Shown one piece after another: positions 1 to 9,900 of a stretch of 64,000 nt of DNA. Location: NCBI GenBank assembly GCA_000146465.1, contig CP001951.1. One strand, 5' to 3'. A model generated the notes under the pieces. That model ran no database searches. It was not told the origin of the DNA and worked only from the letters and a program-made list of their open reading frames with translations. Made by a program: the position numbers and the translations under genes. Positions within the stretch are counted from its first letter, which is position 1. Each line of letters begins with the position of its first letter.

Positions 1-2
1 AC

Positions 3-134
3 ACCGACTACTCGTTGAGAGACATAGCCCCGACTGTATTAGAAATAATGGGAATTCCCAAACCAGATGAAATGACTGGGAGGTCGGTGTTGGGAGCCTT
101 CGGCCACACCCTTCCAGCAAGAGATAATCAGTAA
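3..134 (+). CDS. 3' end of a gene truncated by the window edge. The C-terminus resembles the alkaline-phosphatase-superfamily metalloenzyme tail (2,3-bisphosphoglycerate-independent phosphoglycerate mutase / phosphopentomutase-like)
   Basis: Frame 3 is open from the window start to TAA at 132-134. It translates to ...[39 protein letters not shown], matching the conserved L-[AD]-[DN]-[IV]-A-P-T-x-L-x-L-x-G-x-x-x-P-x-E-M-T-G-x-S-L tail of iPGM/DeoB-type enzymes (established family knowledge). No upstream sequence is available. Confidence 0.4.
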   Translation, partial: TDYSLRDIAPTVLEIMGIPKPDEMTGRSVLGAFGHTLPARDNQ

Positions 135-165
135 AAACTAGTTTTCGTTGGAAGAAATCCTTTAA

Positions 166-471
166 TCAGAACATTCCAAAGTCGATTTCAACTTCTTCCT
201 CCTCAGGCTCTTCCTTCTTTCCTGCGTCCCCAGGGACATCAGCTGAAGCCTTGGCCTCCACAGGGGCTGCTGCCTCCTGGGTACTACTCATCAACAGAGT
301 CTTAATCTCAAGTGCGTCCATTTCAAAAAACTCACTGATCTTCGGATGGCTTTCCAGTCCAAAGAACTTGAACACAGAGTCAATCTTCTCTTTGGTCACT
401 TGCTGGTTAGTTGCATATATAAGCAATGCTGCTAGCGGGTACATATCGTTTATCATGTTTTCTTGTGTCAT
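166..471 (-). CDS. 60S acidic ribosomal stalk protein P1/P2 family
   Basis: ATG at 469-471 (reverse complement). 101 aa with a helical N-terminal domain (AALLIYATNQQVTKEKIDSVFKFFGLE), an Ala/Glu-rich hinge and the diagnostic acidic C-terminus EEPEEEEVEIDFGMF (compare ...EESDDDMGFGLFD of P proteins). Confidence 0.75.
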   Translation of the reverse strand: MTQENMINDMYPLAALLIYATNQQVTKEKIDSVFKFFGLESHPKISEFFEMDALEIKTLLMSSTQEAAAPVEAKASADVPGDAGKKEEPEEEEVEIDFGMF

Positions 472-615
472 TCTACTTTAAGCAATTTAACGATATCGGG
501 CCCAAAGTTTGGTAGCCCTTCTGTTGCTTTTGCTTTTATACTTTTCCCTGAAAATTTTGCTTTTCAAGGCAGCCAGGCATTGGAAGGATCCTGTCCACAC
601 CCATAAATCCCTTGG

Positions 616-1875
616 ATGGACTTTGACAGCCAGATCTTTAGGAAGCTGAGCAGAAGGTACAGCACCAAGTCGGACATAAGGATGGTGCGCCGGCCAAGGA
701 TATCAAACTTCTATCTCAAAAAAGGCGACAAGTACGAATATGTGGCCTACAGACTTACTTCGATGAAGCCATACTTCCTGGAGCTTCTCGGCATAGAAGA
801 CTTTTCGCCTGTGAATAGCATTTCAAGCACCTCTTTTTACACATATGGCATCATCATGAATCCGTTTGGACACAAGTTGGACTCCCAAAACACATTTATT
901 GCATCGAACATTGATGGAAGCAACGATGTGGTTGTGAAGTTGAATCTATCGCATCTAAGGAGATATTCTGTGTTCCCTGGGCAGATTGTTGCCGTTAAGG
1001 GAAAGAATATTACGGGAGGCGAGATAACAGTGGAAACTCTTCATTGCATACCCGTTGTGGATATCAATGAGGAGAAGGATGGCAAGGAAGAAAAGCATAA
1101 CCAACCGTCTATTGTTGCATTCTCGGGCCCCTACGGATTTGCATCTGAGTTTGATGTTCTCGACAGGATCCTTATGGAAGAAGCTGATGTGTTGATACTG
1201 GTTGGGCCATTTATAAGTTCGGCCCACGGAAGTGAAGACCATTCTCCAGCCTCGATGATGGAGAAAGAGTTCGTTCCAAGGATCAGGCGATGGCTGAATG
1301 AAAGACCAGGAAGTAAAGTTGTTCTTGTGCCGTCTGTCAACGACATAACATGTCTGGGTGTGTTTCCTCAGGGCCCAATAGACATTGATGAGGAAAGAAT
1401 TGTATGTACAAGTAATCCCTGCGAGTTCTTTTTAAACGAGTTCCTGGTGTGTGTTTCTTCTCTGGACACACCTCTTGAGATAAGCTCGGAAGAGTGTTTC
1501 CATGACTCAGGCCTGGAGTCGGAGGATGATGCCTGTGGAAATCTTCTTTTTGGAGGAGATAGGCTGAAAAGGATAGCATATCATCTTATCTTCCAAAGAA
1601 CTTTTCTTCCGGTCTTTCCGTCTCGGAATGTTGTTTCGTATTCTGTGCCAGAGAATATGTCCATGGACACGGCGCCAGACATATACATTGTTGTGTCCAG
1701 GCTGAAGCATTTCTCCAGAGATGTAGGCCCTTCTGTGGTGGTCAATCTGGGACTGCAGACAGGGAAGACAGAGAAAGTGGCATGCCATATAAGACTTCCT
1801 GAGGCAGAGGAGCCGAAGAAGTTTTCTGTGGAATTTGTAGATTTGGAGATCTCCATGCCTAGAGAAAATAAATAA
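616..1875 (+). CDS. DNA polymerase alpha/delta/epsilon B-subunit family protein (regulatory subunit; the exact paralogue is not resolved)
   Basis: ATG at 616 preceded by AATCCCTTGG. 419 aa. C-terminal calcineurin-like phosphoesterase-fold remnants (IVAFSGPYGF, LILVGPFISSAH, VVLVPSVNDITC) match the Pol alpha-B/Dpb2 family pattern. Confidence 0.5.
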   Translation: MDFDSQIFRKLSRRYSTKSDIRMVRRPRISNFYLKKGDKYEYVAYRLTSMKPYFLELLGIEDFSPVNSISSTSFYTYGIIMNPFGHKLDSQNTFIASNIDGSNDVVVKLNLSHLRRYSVFPGQIVAVKGKNITGGEITVETLHCIPVVDINEEKDGKEEKHNQPSIVAFSGPYGFASEFDVLDRILMEEADVLILVGPFISSAHGSEDHSPASMMEKEFVPRIRRWLNERPGSKVVLVPSVNDITCLGVFPQGPIDIDEERIVCTSNPCEFFLNEFLVCVSSLDTPLEISSEECFHDSGLESEDDACGNLLFGGDRLKRIAYHLIFQRTFLPVFPSRNVVSYSVPENMSMDTAPDIYIVVSRLKHFSRDVGPSVVVNLGLQTGKTEKVACHIRLPEAEEPKKFSVEFVDLEISMPRENK

Positions 1876-1885
1876 GACTCGGCCC

Positions 1886-2446
1886 ATGGGATCCATGCAG
1901 ACGCATTTTGAGGTTTTTGACAAGATGCTTGAAGAGATCCAACAGCTGCGTCTAGACGCCATCTACTTTACAAAATCGACATCCAGAACAGAGGGGAAAA
2001 TAGAAAAGCTGAGAGGAAAGTGCAAGAGATATAAGGAGAAGTTTGTACGGAAGCCGTCGGAAAGGTATTTCAAAAAGATCGAGAAATTTTATCGAGCAAT
2101 AAAGAAACATCTAGTGAATAATAGGAGGTGTGAAGATGCGTTCCAAGAAGTCATCCATGAGCTTAAGAAGAAATGCGAGGACCTTTGCTCGAGATCCGGG
2201 GTGTCCTTTGACCTGGAATGCCCAGAAATACCAGATGTAAACTGCGTTGTGAACCTGGGAGAGATGGGAAGCAACGAGCAACTATACTGCAAGTGCAAAA
2301 GACCTGCATTCAAAAATATGATAGCATGCGATTCCTTGGACTGCAAGGGGAGATGGTTCCATTTTGAGTGTGTTGGAATTTCAACTGTTCCAAAAACACT
2401 TTGGATATGCCCGGAATGCAGAAAAGCTGGAACGCTGACTAGGTAA
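1886..2446 (+). CDS. ING-family PHD-finger protein (HAT/HDAC complex subunit)
   Basis: ATG at 1886 preceded by GGCCC. C-terminal PHD YCKCKRPAFKNMIACDSLDCKGRWFHFECVGISTVPKTLWICPECRK aligns with the ING PHD signature (YCxC-x-x-SYGEMIGCDN-x-x-C-x-x-EWFHF-x-CVGL-x-x-x-P-x-G-x-W-x-CP-x-C). Confidence 0.75.
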   Translation: MGSMQTHFEVFDKMLEEIQQLRLDAIYFTKSTSRTEGKIEKLRGKCKRYKEKFVRKPSERYFKKIEKFYRAIKKHLVNNRRCEDAFQEVIHELKKKCEDLCSRSGVSFDLECPEIPDVNCVVNLGEMGSNEQLYCKCKRPAFKNMIACDSLDCKGRWFHFECVGISTVPKTLWICPECRKAGTLTR

Positions 2447-2498
2447 GCGGAGTTGATACAATAAAAGATTGTTTAGTTGTCTAGGTATCGGGAAGAGA

Positions 2499-3131
2499 TT
2501 ACATTGCCATGAGCACCAGCATGATTATTACCAGAAAGGTAAGTATTTTCTGTGTGTCAGGATCGTTTGCAGTAGGTGGTCTCCTCCGATGATCGAATCT
2601 CCTGTACATTTGGGAATATAAATATTCGTAAAAATCGTTAGAGTAAACAAAGGACTCTTGATATCCTTGGGAGTGGAATGCATTGAAGAAGACATTTGGC
2701 ATGACGTCTTCGGGAGTAGAGAATCTGGGGCTGGCTCTGAATGTGGGAGCCTCTCTGGCCATGTCATATTTCCTTCTCTTTTCTGGATTTCCAAGTGTTG
2801 AGTATGCATTCTGGATGATTCCGGAAACAGCACTAGACTCATCCATGCCAGTCTTATCGGGATGAAACTTCATGATTAAAGTGTTGAAGGCTCTTTTTAT
2901 TTCTGCCTGGGTAGCATTCTTGGGCACTCCCAGAATGTCATAGTAGTCCTCGGACTTTTTCTTAAGAAATGCCTCGATATCCTTGTGGAGAGAAAGAGTC
3001 CTTGTTGCCTTCTCCATCTCTCTCTTGTCCTCGGGGGATCCTGTGAGCTCGTACTGCTTCTTGGCATTTTCCAAGTATCCCGAATAATCCTTCCTGCTTA
3101 AGCATGATCTGGCAGCCTCGGAATAGTCCAT
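2499..3131 (-). CDS. DnaJ (J-domain) protein with a C-terminal transmembrane tail anchor
   Basis: ATG at 3129-3131 (rc) preceded by AAGGACCCCTCC. J-domain DYYDILGVPKNATQAEIKRAFNTLIMKFHPDKT...KRRKYD with the HPD tripeptide. A hydrophobic C-terminus ILTFLVIIMLVLMAM indicates a tail-anchored topology (Hlj1-like). Confidence 0.75.
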   Translation of the reverse strand: MDYSEAARSCLSRKDYSGYLENAKKQYELTGSPEDKREMEKATRTLSLHKDIEAFLKKKSEDYYDILGVPKNATQAEIKRAFNTLIMKFHPDKTGMDESSAVSGIIQNAYSTLGNPEKRRKYDMAREAPTFRASPRFSTPEDVMPNVFFNAFHSQGYQESFVYSNDFYEYLYSQMYRRFDHRRRPPTANDPDTQKILTFLVIIMLVLMAM

Positions 3132-3309
3132 GGAGGGGTCCTTGATGCAGAGATACTTGTTGAATTTGAAGGAATATATCCAGAGTGGTGAGAGAATGGG
3201 AAGAGAGATGGAAGAGAATGGAAAGGAAGGAGTAACAATCTGAAGGATCTGAGGAGAGAATAGATTCTAGAAAAAAAGAAAAAATTTTACCCTTCAAGAG
3301 GAGTAGTCC

Positions 3310-4797
3310 ATGGAGATAGACGAAAGCAAGAGAGCAAGCAGTGATTCATTAACAATATATGTAGGAGATCTCTCGCCCAAGACCCTTGACTCGGATCTTT
3401 TTAGGATCTTCTCAAATGTGGGAAAGGTTTTGAATGTCAAGCTGATTAAGAGGGGAGAGCCTGTTTCATCCTTTGCATTTGTGACATTTGAAAACGAGGA
3501 GGAGGCAGAGAGGGCAATCAGGGAGTATAAGCACTATGAACTGCATAATAGACAGATAAGGGTAATGAGGAAGGACGAAAGACCCCCGGAGACAGGGAAC
3601 ATCTTTGTCAAGAATCTTCCTGAGAACTTTACGAGCAAGGACCTTGATGATGCGTTTTCGATGTTTGGAGAGATTACCAGCTGCAAGGTTGCAACAACAT
3701 CGCATGGAAAGTCGAAGGGATATGGGTTTGTTCAGTTTAAGGAGAAGAAGGCAGCGAAGAAGGTGATCAAGAACTTCAACAACCTCAATGGGCTTATGCT
3801 TGGAGAAAACAAGATTGTTGTGGAGCTGTATAACCCGGAGATGAAGAAGGGAGAGAACAAGAAGACACCGACGATGTTTACAAACTGTTTTATTAAGAAT
3901 TTTCCTGTTGATGTTGAGGAAGAGAATCTTCGAGAGCTTCTTGAGAAGTACGGGAAGGTGACGTCCTTGTTCTTCCCGACGAAGGAGGATGGAAAACCAA
4001 AAGGATTTGCATTTGCTAATTTTGAGAGCCATGAGTGTGCTCTGAATGCTATCAAGAATCTCCATGAGACATTTCCCTTCGGGGACGGCGAGAGTGGGGA
4101 GCCGTTCTACATCCAGAAAGGGCAAAGAAAAGAAGAGAGGGCAGAGGAACTCCGAAAGACGTTTGAGCAGCTGAGCATGCAGGGGCAGAGCTACAAGAAG
4201 AATCTCTACATAACAAACATTCCCGAGGGCTTTGGGGCTGAGGAGCTTAATAACATATTCAGAGAGTTTGGAAACATCACATCTATGTCTGTGGGGACTG
4301 ACGGAGCCAACAGCCAGAAGCAGTATGCCTATGTGTGCTACTCGACGCCGGAGGAGGCCAGCATAGCTGTGGAAAGAGGGAATGAGATATATCTTGATGG
4401 AAACAGGCTTCAGGTTGCATACTTCAAGAATAAGCTGGAAAGAATGAAAGAGAAAGAATTTGGAAGCATTGGATACAAGCCGAATATCCCATACATGTAT
4501 AACCAGGGGGTTAATTTTGTACCCAATGGATTCAAGCGTGAAAGAAACCGAGGAGGATCTGCAAAGGGATACAGCAGCGAACTCGAAAAGCTACATGGTC
4601 TTGTGCTTGCAGAAGCACCATCTTTCAAGAGCCAATGGAAGAGCTTCGGGGTGAACAACGAGGCCGAGTTTACCAGCAAGGTTACAAGGGCCTTTCGTAA
4701 CAAATCCGAAGAAGAAATCAAGGATATGATCGACCTGGACTTTGTGCTTGCAAAAAGCATAGCAGCGGTTATTGAGAACGACAACTCTAGCGACTAA
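3310..4797 (+). CDS. PAB1: Polyadenylate-binding protein (four RRMs)
   Basis: ATG at 3310 preceded by TTTTACCCTTCAAG. Four RRMs with RNP1 octamers: KGYGFVQF (RRM2) and KGFAFANF (RRM3) are clear; RRM1 SFAFVTFENEEEAERA; RRM4 QYAYVCYSTPEEASIA. The order and spacing are as in PABP. Confidence 0.75.
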   Translation: MEIDESKRASSDSLTIYVGDLSPKTLDSDLFRIFSNVGKVLNVKLIKRGEPVSSFAFVTFENEEEAERAIREYKHYELHNRQIRVMRKDERPPETGNIFVKNLPENFTSKDLDDAFSMFGEITSCKVATTSHGKSKGYGFVQFKEKKAAKKVIKNFNNLNGLMLGENKIVVELYNPEMKKGENKKTPTMFTNCFIKNFPVDVEEENLRELLEKYGKVTSLFFPTKEDGKPKGFAFANFESHECALNAIKNLHETFPFGDGESGEPFYIQKGQRKEERAEELRKTFEQLSMQGQSYKKNLYITNIPEGFGAEELNNIFREFGNITSMSVGTDGANSQKQYAYVCYSTPEEASIAVERGNEIYLDGNRLQVAYFKNKLERMKEKEFGSIGYKPNIPYMYNQGVNFVPNGFKRERNRGGSAKGYSSELEKLHGLVLAEAPSFKSQWKSFGVNNEAEFTSKVTRAFRNKSEEEIKDMIDLDFVLAKSIAAVIENDNSSD

Positions 4798-4883
4798 GTT
4801 CTACTATAAACATTAAAGCCTTTTTAACTTTGAACTTGAATGTGTTCGCACCTCAGGAGAGTCTGGGAGGAGGCGAGAGACAA

Positions 4884-4954
4884 GGGGGATTATCTTAGTG
4901 GTAGAGGATTTGCTTCGCATGTGAATTGCCCGGGTTCGATTCCCGGATCCTCCA
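4884..4954 (+). tRNA. tRNA-Ala (anticodon CGC)
   Basis: Cloverleaf read by hand. Acceptor GGGGGAT/ATCCTCC carries the G3:U70 wobble pair (the alanine identity element). D-loop AGTGGTAGA. Anticodon stem TTTGC/GTGAA with loop TTCGCAT (anticodon CGC). T-arm CCGGG-TTCGATT-CCCGG, discriminator A. No encoded CCA. Confidence 0.75.
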
Positions 4955-5004
4955 TTCCATTTTTCAAAGAGCAATAATTTCAACAGACTTTAGTCCCGAG
5001 TTCG

Positions 5005-6075
5005 ATGCTGTTTTCAAAGGAGACTCTCAAGTCTTTTGCACAATCAAAGGGGATTTCCAACATTGACGACGACGCACTGAGGGTTTTGTCCCAGGATCTG
5101 GAGTATAGAATCAAGGAGGTGTGCCAGGAAGGAAGCAAATTCATGGTTGGCTCAAAGAGGACAAAGCTGTCGATCGATGACATCAACTATGCTCTAATCA
5201 GCAGGAATGTAGATCCACTGTTTGGATATGATCCTCAGGAGAGCCTTGTTTTCCGCGGTCTTCCCTCGAATGTATACTATGTTCCTGACGAGGAGATTGA
5301 TCTTGAGGAGTATCTTGACAGGCCTCTTCCCAAGATTCCTCTTCGGCCGTCGATTCAATCTCACTGGCTAGCCATTGAAGGAGTGCAGCCCCAGATTCCC
5401 TACAACCCGATACTTCTTGAAAAGCCAGTTGCAAAGAAGGACACACTAGGAACATACCAAGAGGAGGCCGAGCTGAAGTCCCAGAATAGGCATATGCTCA
5501 CAAAGGAGCTGAGCATGTATTTTGACAAGGTTATCCAGGCCATGGAAACCGACGAAGAGATAGCAATGGAGTGCCTGCACAACGAAAGTGGGATCCAGCA
5601 GCTTGTTCCATATTTCATTCACCATTTCAATGAGCAGATAGTGAAGAACATAAAAAACAAAGAAAAGCTCATGACGGTTATGATGGTTTATAACTCTCTG
5701 CTAAGGAACAAGTACATCTTCATCGATCCGTATCTCCACCAGATCCTCCCCTCACTTATAACATGTGTGATTGGGAAAAGCGTTGACGACGAGGTCAGGA
5801 GAGTGGCCGCAGATGTTGTCAAGTATGTTTTTAGTAACTTTTCCAGTTCCTACAAGACACTTGCGCCAAGGATCATTAACACCCTCAGCAAGGCATGGCT
5901 GGACAAGGAGAAGACAGAGTCCACGCAGTATGGGGCTTTGCTCTGCCTAAGCCTCCTGTCAAAACATGTTGTAGAGACTGTTGTAAAGCCTAAGGCCGAC
6001 TACTATGTTAAGGAAATCAACAATCCACGGGTTACGGAGCTTCTGGATGACATTCTGAAAAAGAACGATATTTAA
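5005..6075 (+). CDS. TAF6: TFIID subunit TAF6 (histone-fold TAF)
   Basis: ATG at 5005 preceded by GTCCCGAG. The N-terminus LKSFAQSKGISNIDDDALRVLSQDLEYRIKEVCQEGSKFMVGSKRTKLSIDDINYALISRNVDPLFGYD aligns closely with the TAF6 histone-fold/TAF domain (SVKVVAESLGI...EVSYRIKEI...[25 protein letters not shown]). Confidence 0.75.
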   Translation: MLFSKETLKSFAQSKGISNIDDDALRVLSQDLEYRIKEVCQEGSKFMVGSKRTKLSIDDINYALISRNVDPLFGYDPQESLVFRGLPSNVYYVPDEEIDLEEYLDRPLPKIPLRPSIQSHWLAIEGVQPQIPYNPILLEKPVAKKDTLGTYQEEAELKSQNRHMLTKELSMYFDKVIQAMETDEEIAMECLHNESGIQQLVPYFIHHFNEQIVKNIKNKEKLMTVMMVYNSLLRNKYIFIDPYLHQILPSLITCVIGKSVDDEVRRVAADVVKYVFSNFSSSYKTLAPRIINTLSKAWLDKEKTESTQYGALLCLSLLSKHVVETVVKPKADYYVKEINNPRVTELLDDILKKNDI

Positions 6076-6099
6076 TGTCTGGACTGGCCTGGAAAGCCT

Positions 6100-6867
6100 T
6101 CAGTCCAAGCTACCCAGCTCCTTTGCTACTTCCTTTTTCTCGGCGGAGGACATGCAGACTGTAATCTCCGAGCCGTTTCTAACCTTTAGGAGGCCATGGT
6201 CAATAAACTCACTGATCATCGAAAGAACAGATGTCTTCGATGTGAGAAACAATTTTCTCTTTATTCTCTCAAACAACTCTCCAAGGCCTACAACATCTGA
6301 ATTGTACAGCAGGATTTCCTTGAGCACGAGTCTGGAGTTCCTTGGAACATTTCTAACCACCTTGGACGAAGCCTCTGCTCTTGTTTCTCTGAAATGGATG
6401 CCAGCTATTTCTTCTTCATATGGCTCGAAGGTGGTGAGATCTCTGAAGATAAAGTTGAACTTCTCGGCGTCTTCAAAACTGAACTTTATGTTGATCTCTT
6501 CAATAGTTCCCAGAATCGCAAAGTTCCTCAGACCCGAGAAGTCTGTCATACTGAAGTCGAAGTTTGCCATGACAATCTTGTACTTTTCCTTTCTAAACCC
6601 TATTGCCTCGTCTATGTCCTTTATTGTCGATACTTTTGAGATGCTTTGAGCTGCAGACCTCGACCTGCGTCTAACGGCATCCATGATTTCCAAAAGAATC
6701 TCATGCCGACTCATGGCTCTGCAGTTGAGGTGAATTGCCGAAGGAAACATTTTCCTCAGCAACGGCATCTTCGAGCCATATCCATAGAACAAGATGTTGA
6801 ACGACTTTGCTAATGCATTGAGTTCCTTCTTGCAGTTGAAATGGAAGTCGCTGAGATCCGAGCTCAT
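6100..6867 (-). CDS. Origin recognition complex subunit 2-like (reduced)
   Basis: ATG at 6865-6867 (rc) preceded by ACACCCGTCCAG. FNILFYGYGSK matches the ORC2-family F-N-L-L-x-Y-G-x-GSK motif. 255 aa is short for ORC2, so this may be only the conserved C-terminal core. Confidence 0.45.
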   Translation of the reverse strand: MSSDLSDFHFNCKKELNALAKSFNILFYGYGSKMPLLRKMFPSAIHLNCRAMSRHEILLEIMDAVRRRSRSAAQSISKVSTIKDIDEAIGFRKEKYKIVMANFDFSMTDFSGLRNFAILGTIEEINIKFSFEDAEKFNFIFRDLTTFEPYEEEIAGIHFRETRAEASSKVVRNVPRNSRLVLKEILLYNSDVVGLGELFERIKRKLFLTSKTSVLSMISEFIDHGLLKVRNGSEITVCMSSAEKKEVAKELGSLD

Positions 6868-6961
6868 CTGGACGGGTGTTGTGAAGGAGCAGATAATCTA
6901 CTTTTTGCCCAGGGTAGTTAGGCTCTCATCGAGAGATATCATAATCCCAAACCGATAGCCC

Positions 6962-9900
6962 ATGGATGAGTCCAAACAAAAGCTCGAGGAGGTGCAGATT
7001 CTTCTGAACAGGCTGGCGGCTTCGTCTAACAAGGAGATTAGAAGGATTTTGGATGGGTTACCCTCATGTCCGACATCAAAGTCTATCTTGGATACCTTTT
7101 GCCTTCTTTTTAGCTTAGGGAGGTACAGTAACAAGGAATTGCTTTGTTTTCTAGATGCATTCCAAAGGTTCATACCTATCTGCAGGGCAGACCTAAGCGA
7201 GGTTGGGGACAAGATAGTAGAGCTTAAGTTTACTCCTTCGGAGAAAGACACCGATCTTGTGATCCTCAAGTACTTCGAAATCACGAACACCATAGCCGAG
7301 AGTATCCAGTCGGAATCCTCGAGAAGTGTTTTTAGTAGATATATGTTTGTTCTCTCGAACAGTGTTGTAAGCAGAGGTGCGCAAGTAGAGGTGCTTGGGA
7401 GATTCAGGGAGTTTCTCAAGAAGAAGAAAGGTCTTCTAAAGCTCTTTGCAGCTCGAAGAATGTATAGAAACATTGGATGCACAGAAGATTTGATCATAAA
7501 CTTCAGCGAGCTTCTTAGTGACGAGGAGATGGTTGAAGTTGCACTAGAGTGCACCACCCTCCGAGGCTTTATAATAGCCAAAACAAGGAGTAGGTATCTG
7601 TTCCAGATGTATCACAACGAACTTCCCTGGTGGTATGTGATGGGGATGCATGAGTCGCTGATTCCGTATTTATACTACACTTTCGATGGAGTTGGGCTTT
7701 ACAAGAACGTCTCCAAGGAAGTGTATGGCAGACTAGATGAACAGGACATAATAAGGGCGATGGACGAGGATATGAAGAGCAAGATCTCACCAGATGAATG
7801 CGATGTGCTTGGGAATGTGTCTGAACATAAGAATATGGCGGATGATGAAGGAATGGTCGGAGTGAAGAGAGACATAAGAAGATTCAACGAAACGGGATGC
7901 TTGAAAGAGATGCTTGAGAAGTATGGAGAGCAGATGAGCTTTGAGTTTTTGAGGTATTTTGAGGAAACAGACCTCCGGAGATTGGGGGAATTTCTGTGCA
8001 AGCTAAAGAACGAGCCTTTACTAAGGATGTTTGCCGAGACATTTGATTTTCTTGACATGGATATTCTCGATGGTTTGAGGATTTTTCTCCTTTCCTTCCA
8101 CCTATCTCCAGAGGGCCAGGTAATTCATAGAGTTGTCGAGGCTTATGCCGATAAGTACTATTTGGATAATGCAGGAATATGCACGTTTATGGACATGGCC
8201 AAGGACAAGAAGACAAAGGAGTTTGTGTTTAATCTCTCATTCTCATTTCTCGTCCTTAACACGAAGTTCCATAACCCGAATATAAAGGTCAAACCTACAT
8301 TCAAGGACTACATGAAGGACTTTACACCTGAGGAGATTCCTCCTTCGTTTGGAGAGGAGTATCTTGAGTCCATGTACCAATCCATCAAAAAAAAGCCGTT
8401 GGAATTCCCGGCCAAGAACCAGCCTGGAAAAGAACACTATAAAGTATTCAAGAAGGTGTGTAAGAACCTCCAAGAGATGGAGTCAAGAGAATCCAAGCTT
8501 AGAATTCGGCTACTTGAGCCTGAACTTCCAGAGGGACTGAGGATATGTACAGCATGCAGGATGGAGGCCCACAGGAAGTTGTTTTCGACAGATTTCAAGA
8601 GATTTCTTTTCCTGGACCCTAAGGTGTTCTACCAAATATGCAGTAGGCTAAGGATGACACATATATTTGAAGAGTATCTGAATGCCCATAAAGAAGATAC
8701 CCAAAAATTCATTGAGTCCTTTGTCTATTATCTGGGAATGGAAGGAAAGGCCAGCCTGTATGCAACTCTACTCGATGTTCTTGCAAGGACCGACAAGCAA
8801 AGGAGCAGTGGAATGCTTTCGGATCTTGGAATTTCGTTTCTAAAGAGCTCACCAGGAAAAGACAGGGTCCAGCAACAATATAGAGACGCATACAAAGAAC
8901 TTTTGAATTCGGAAATCCCTAATGTCGGCCTCCTATGCGAAGGTTTGTGTCTCTTTCTTTCAAGAGATGTGTCTGGAGGGGTGTCTGGGGAGGAAGAGAT
9001 GGCTTCCCAGAAGAGAAGGCAGAGATCTATAGGGTTTGTAAAGGGTGTGGTTGTTGACATTCTTAAGAGGAACATCTCGAAGGTGGAGGATCTGTCGATG
9101 CTGGACGACGAGAACATTGGGGTCTTACTGAGGGAATGTGTTGAAACAGGAAACAGGAAGAAGTTCTGCCATATATCCAAGTTTGTCTCGGAAGAAAGAC
9201 TTCTTTTTTATTTCCGGCAGGTTTTGGAGGAAAGCCCAGGGTTTTTGGACGATGAGATTCTGGAGGTATTCAAGAGGATCTCCATCTATAATGAAAATGG
9301 ATTCCACTGCATTCTGCTTCTACAGAGTAATGGAGTTGATATGTTTGACTTTGTAGTCACAGTAAAATACGAAAGTATTGTCTGCAGAGCTATAAATGCT
9401 CACGAAGGAGAAGATGGAGACCAATCTGAACAGTCGAGGCTGGAGTTTTCTGGAAAAGACACTTTGAATTGTTACACTGTTGAAGAAAAGTATGGGGAGA
9501 GCCTGTCTGTTCCCTCGAATCTGTTTCACTTCTATGTATCTTCCAATTCTGTTCTGAATCAGTCAAAGGCAAGATCGATTCACAAGTCTGGGTGTCCTCT
9601 GAAAGAAAAGCTGTTTAACCGCGAAGAAATGGACAAGAGATTGATATACATGATAAAGAAGGCGGACTCGATGAACAGTAAGGACATAACCAACTATGCC
9701 CTTTGGATTGTGAACCTTCTATCTTCAAGCCTTCCGTTGCTGTCTAAGTTCTTTGTCAGGAATTTTGGGCTTCTCCTTACCTTAAAGGACCAGACAATGA
9801 CAAACAACTTCATCAAGATATTCTACTCGAGAATATGCAAGGTAATAAATGGGTCTGAGTTGTGCTGCCGCTGCGGATATTCCTATCTGGACGATGTGGA

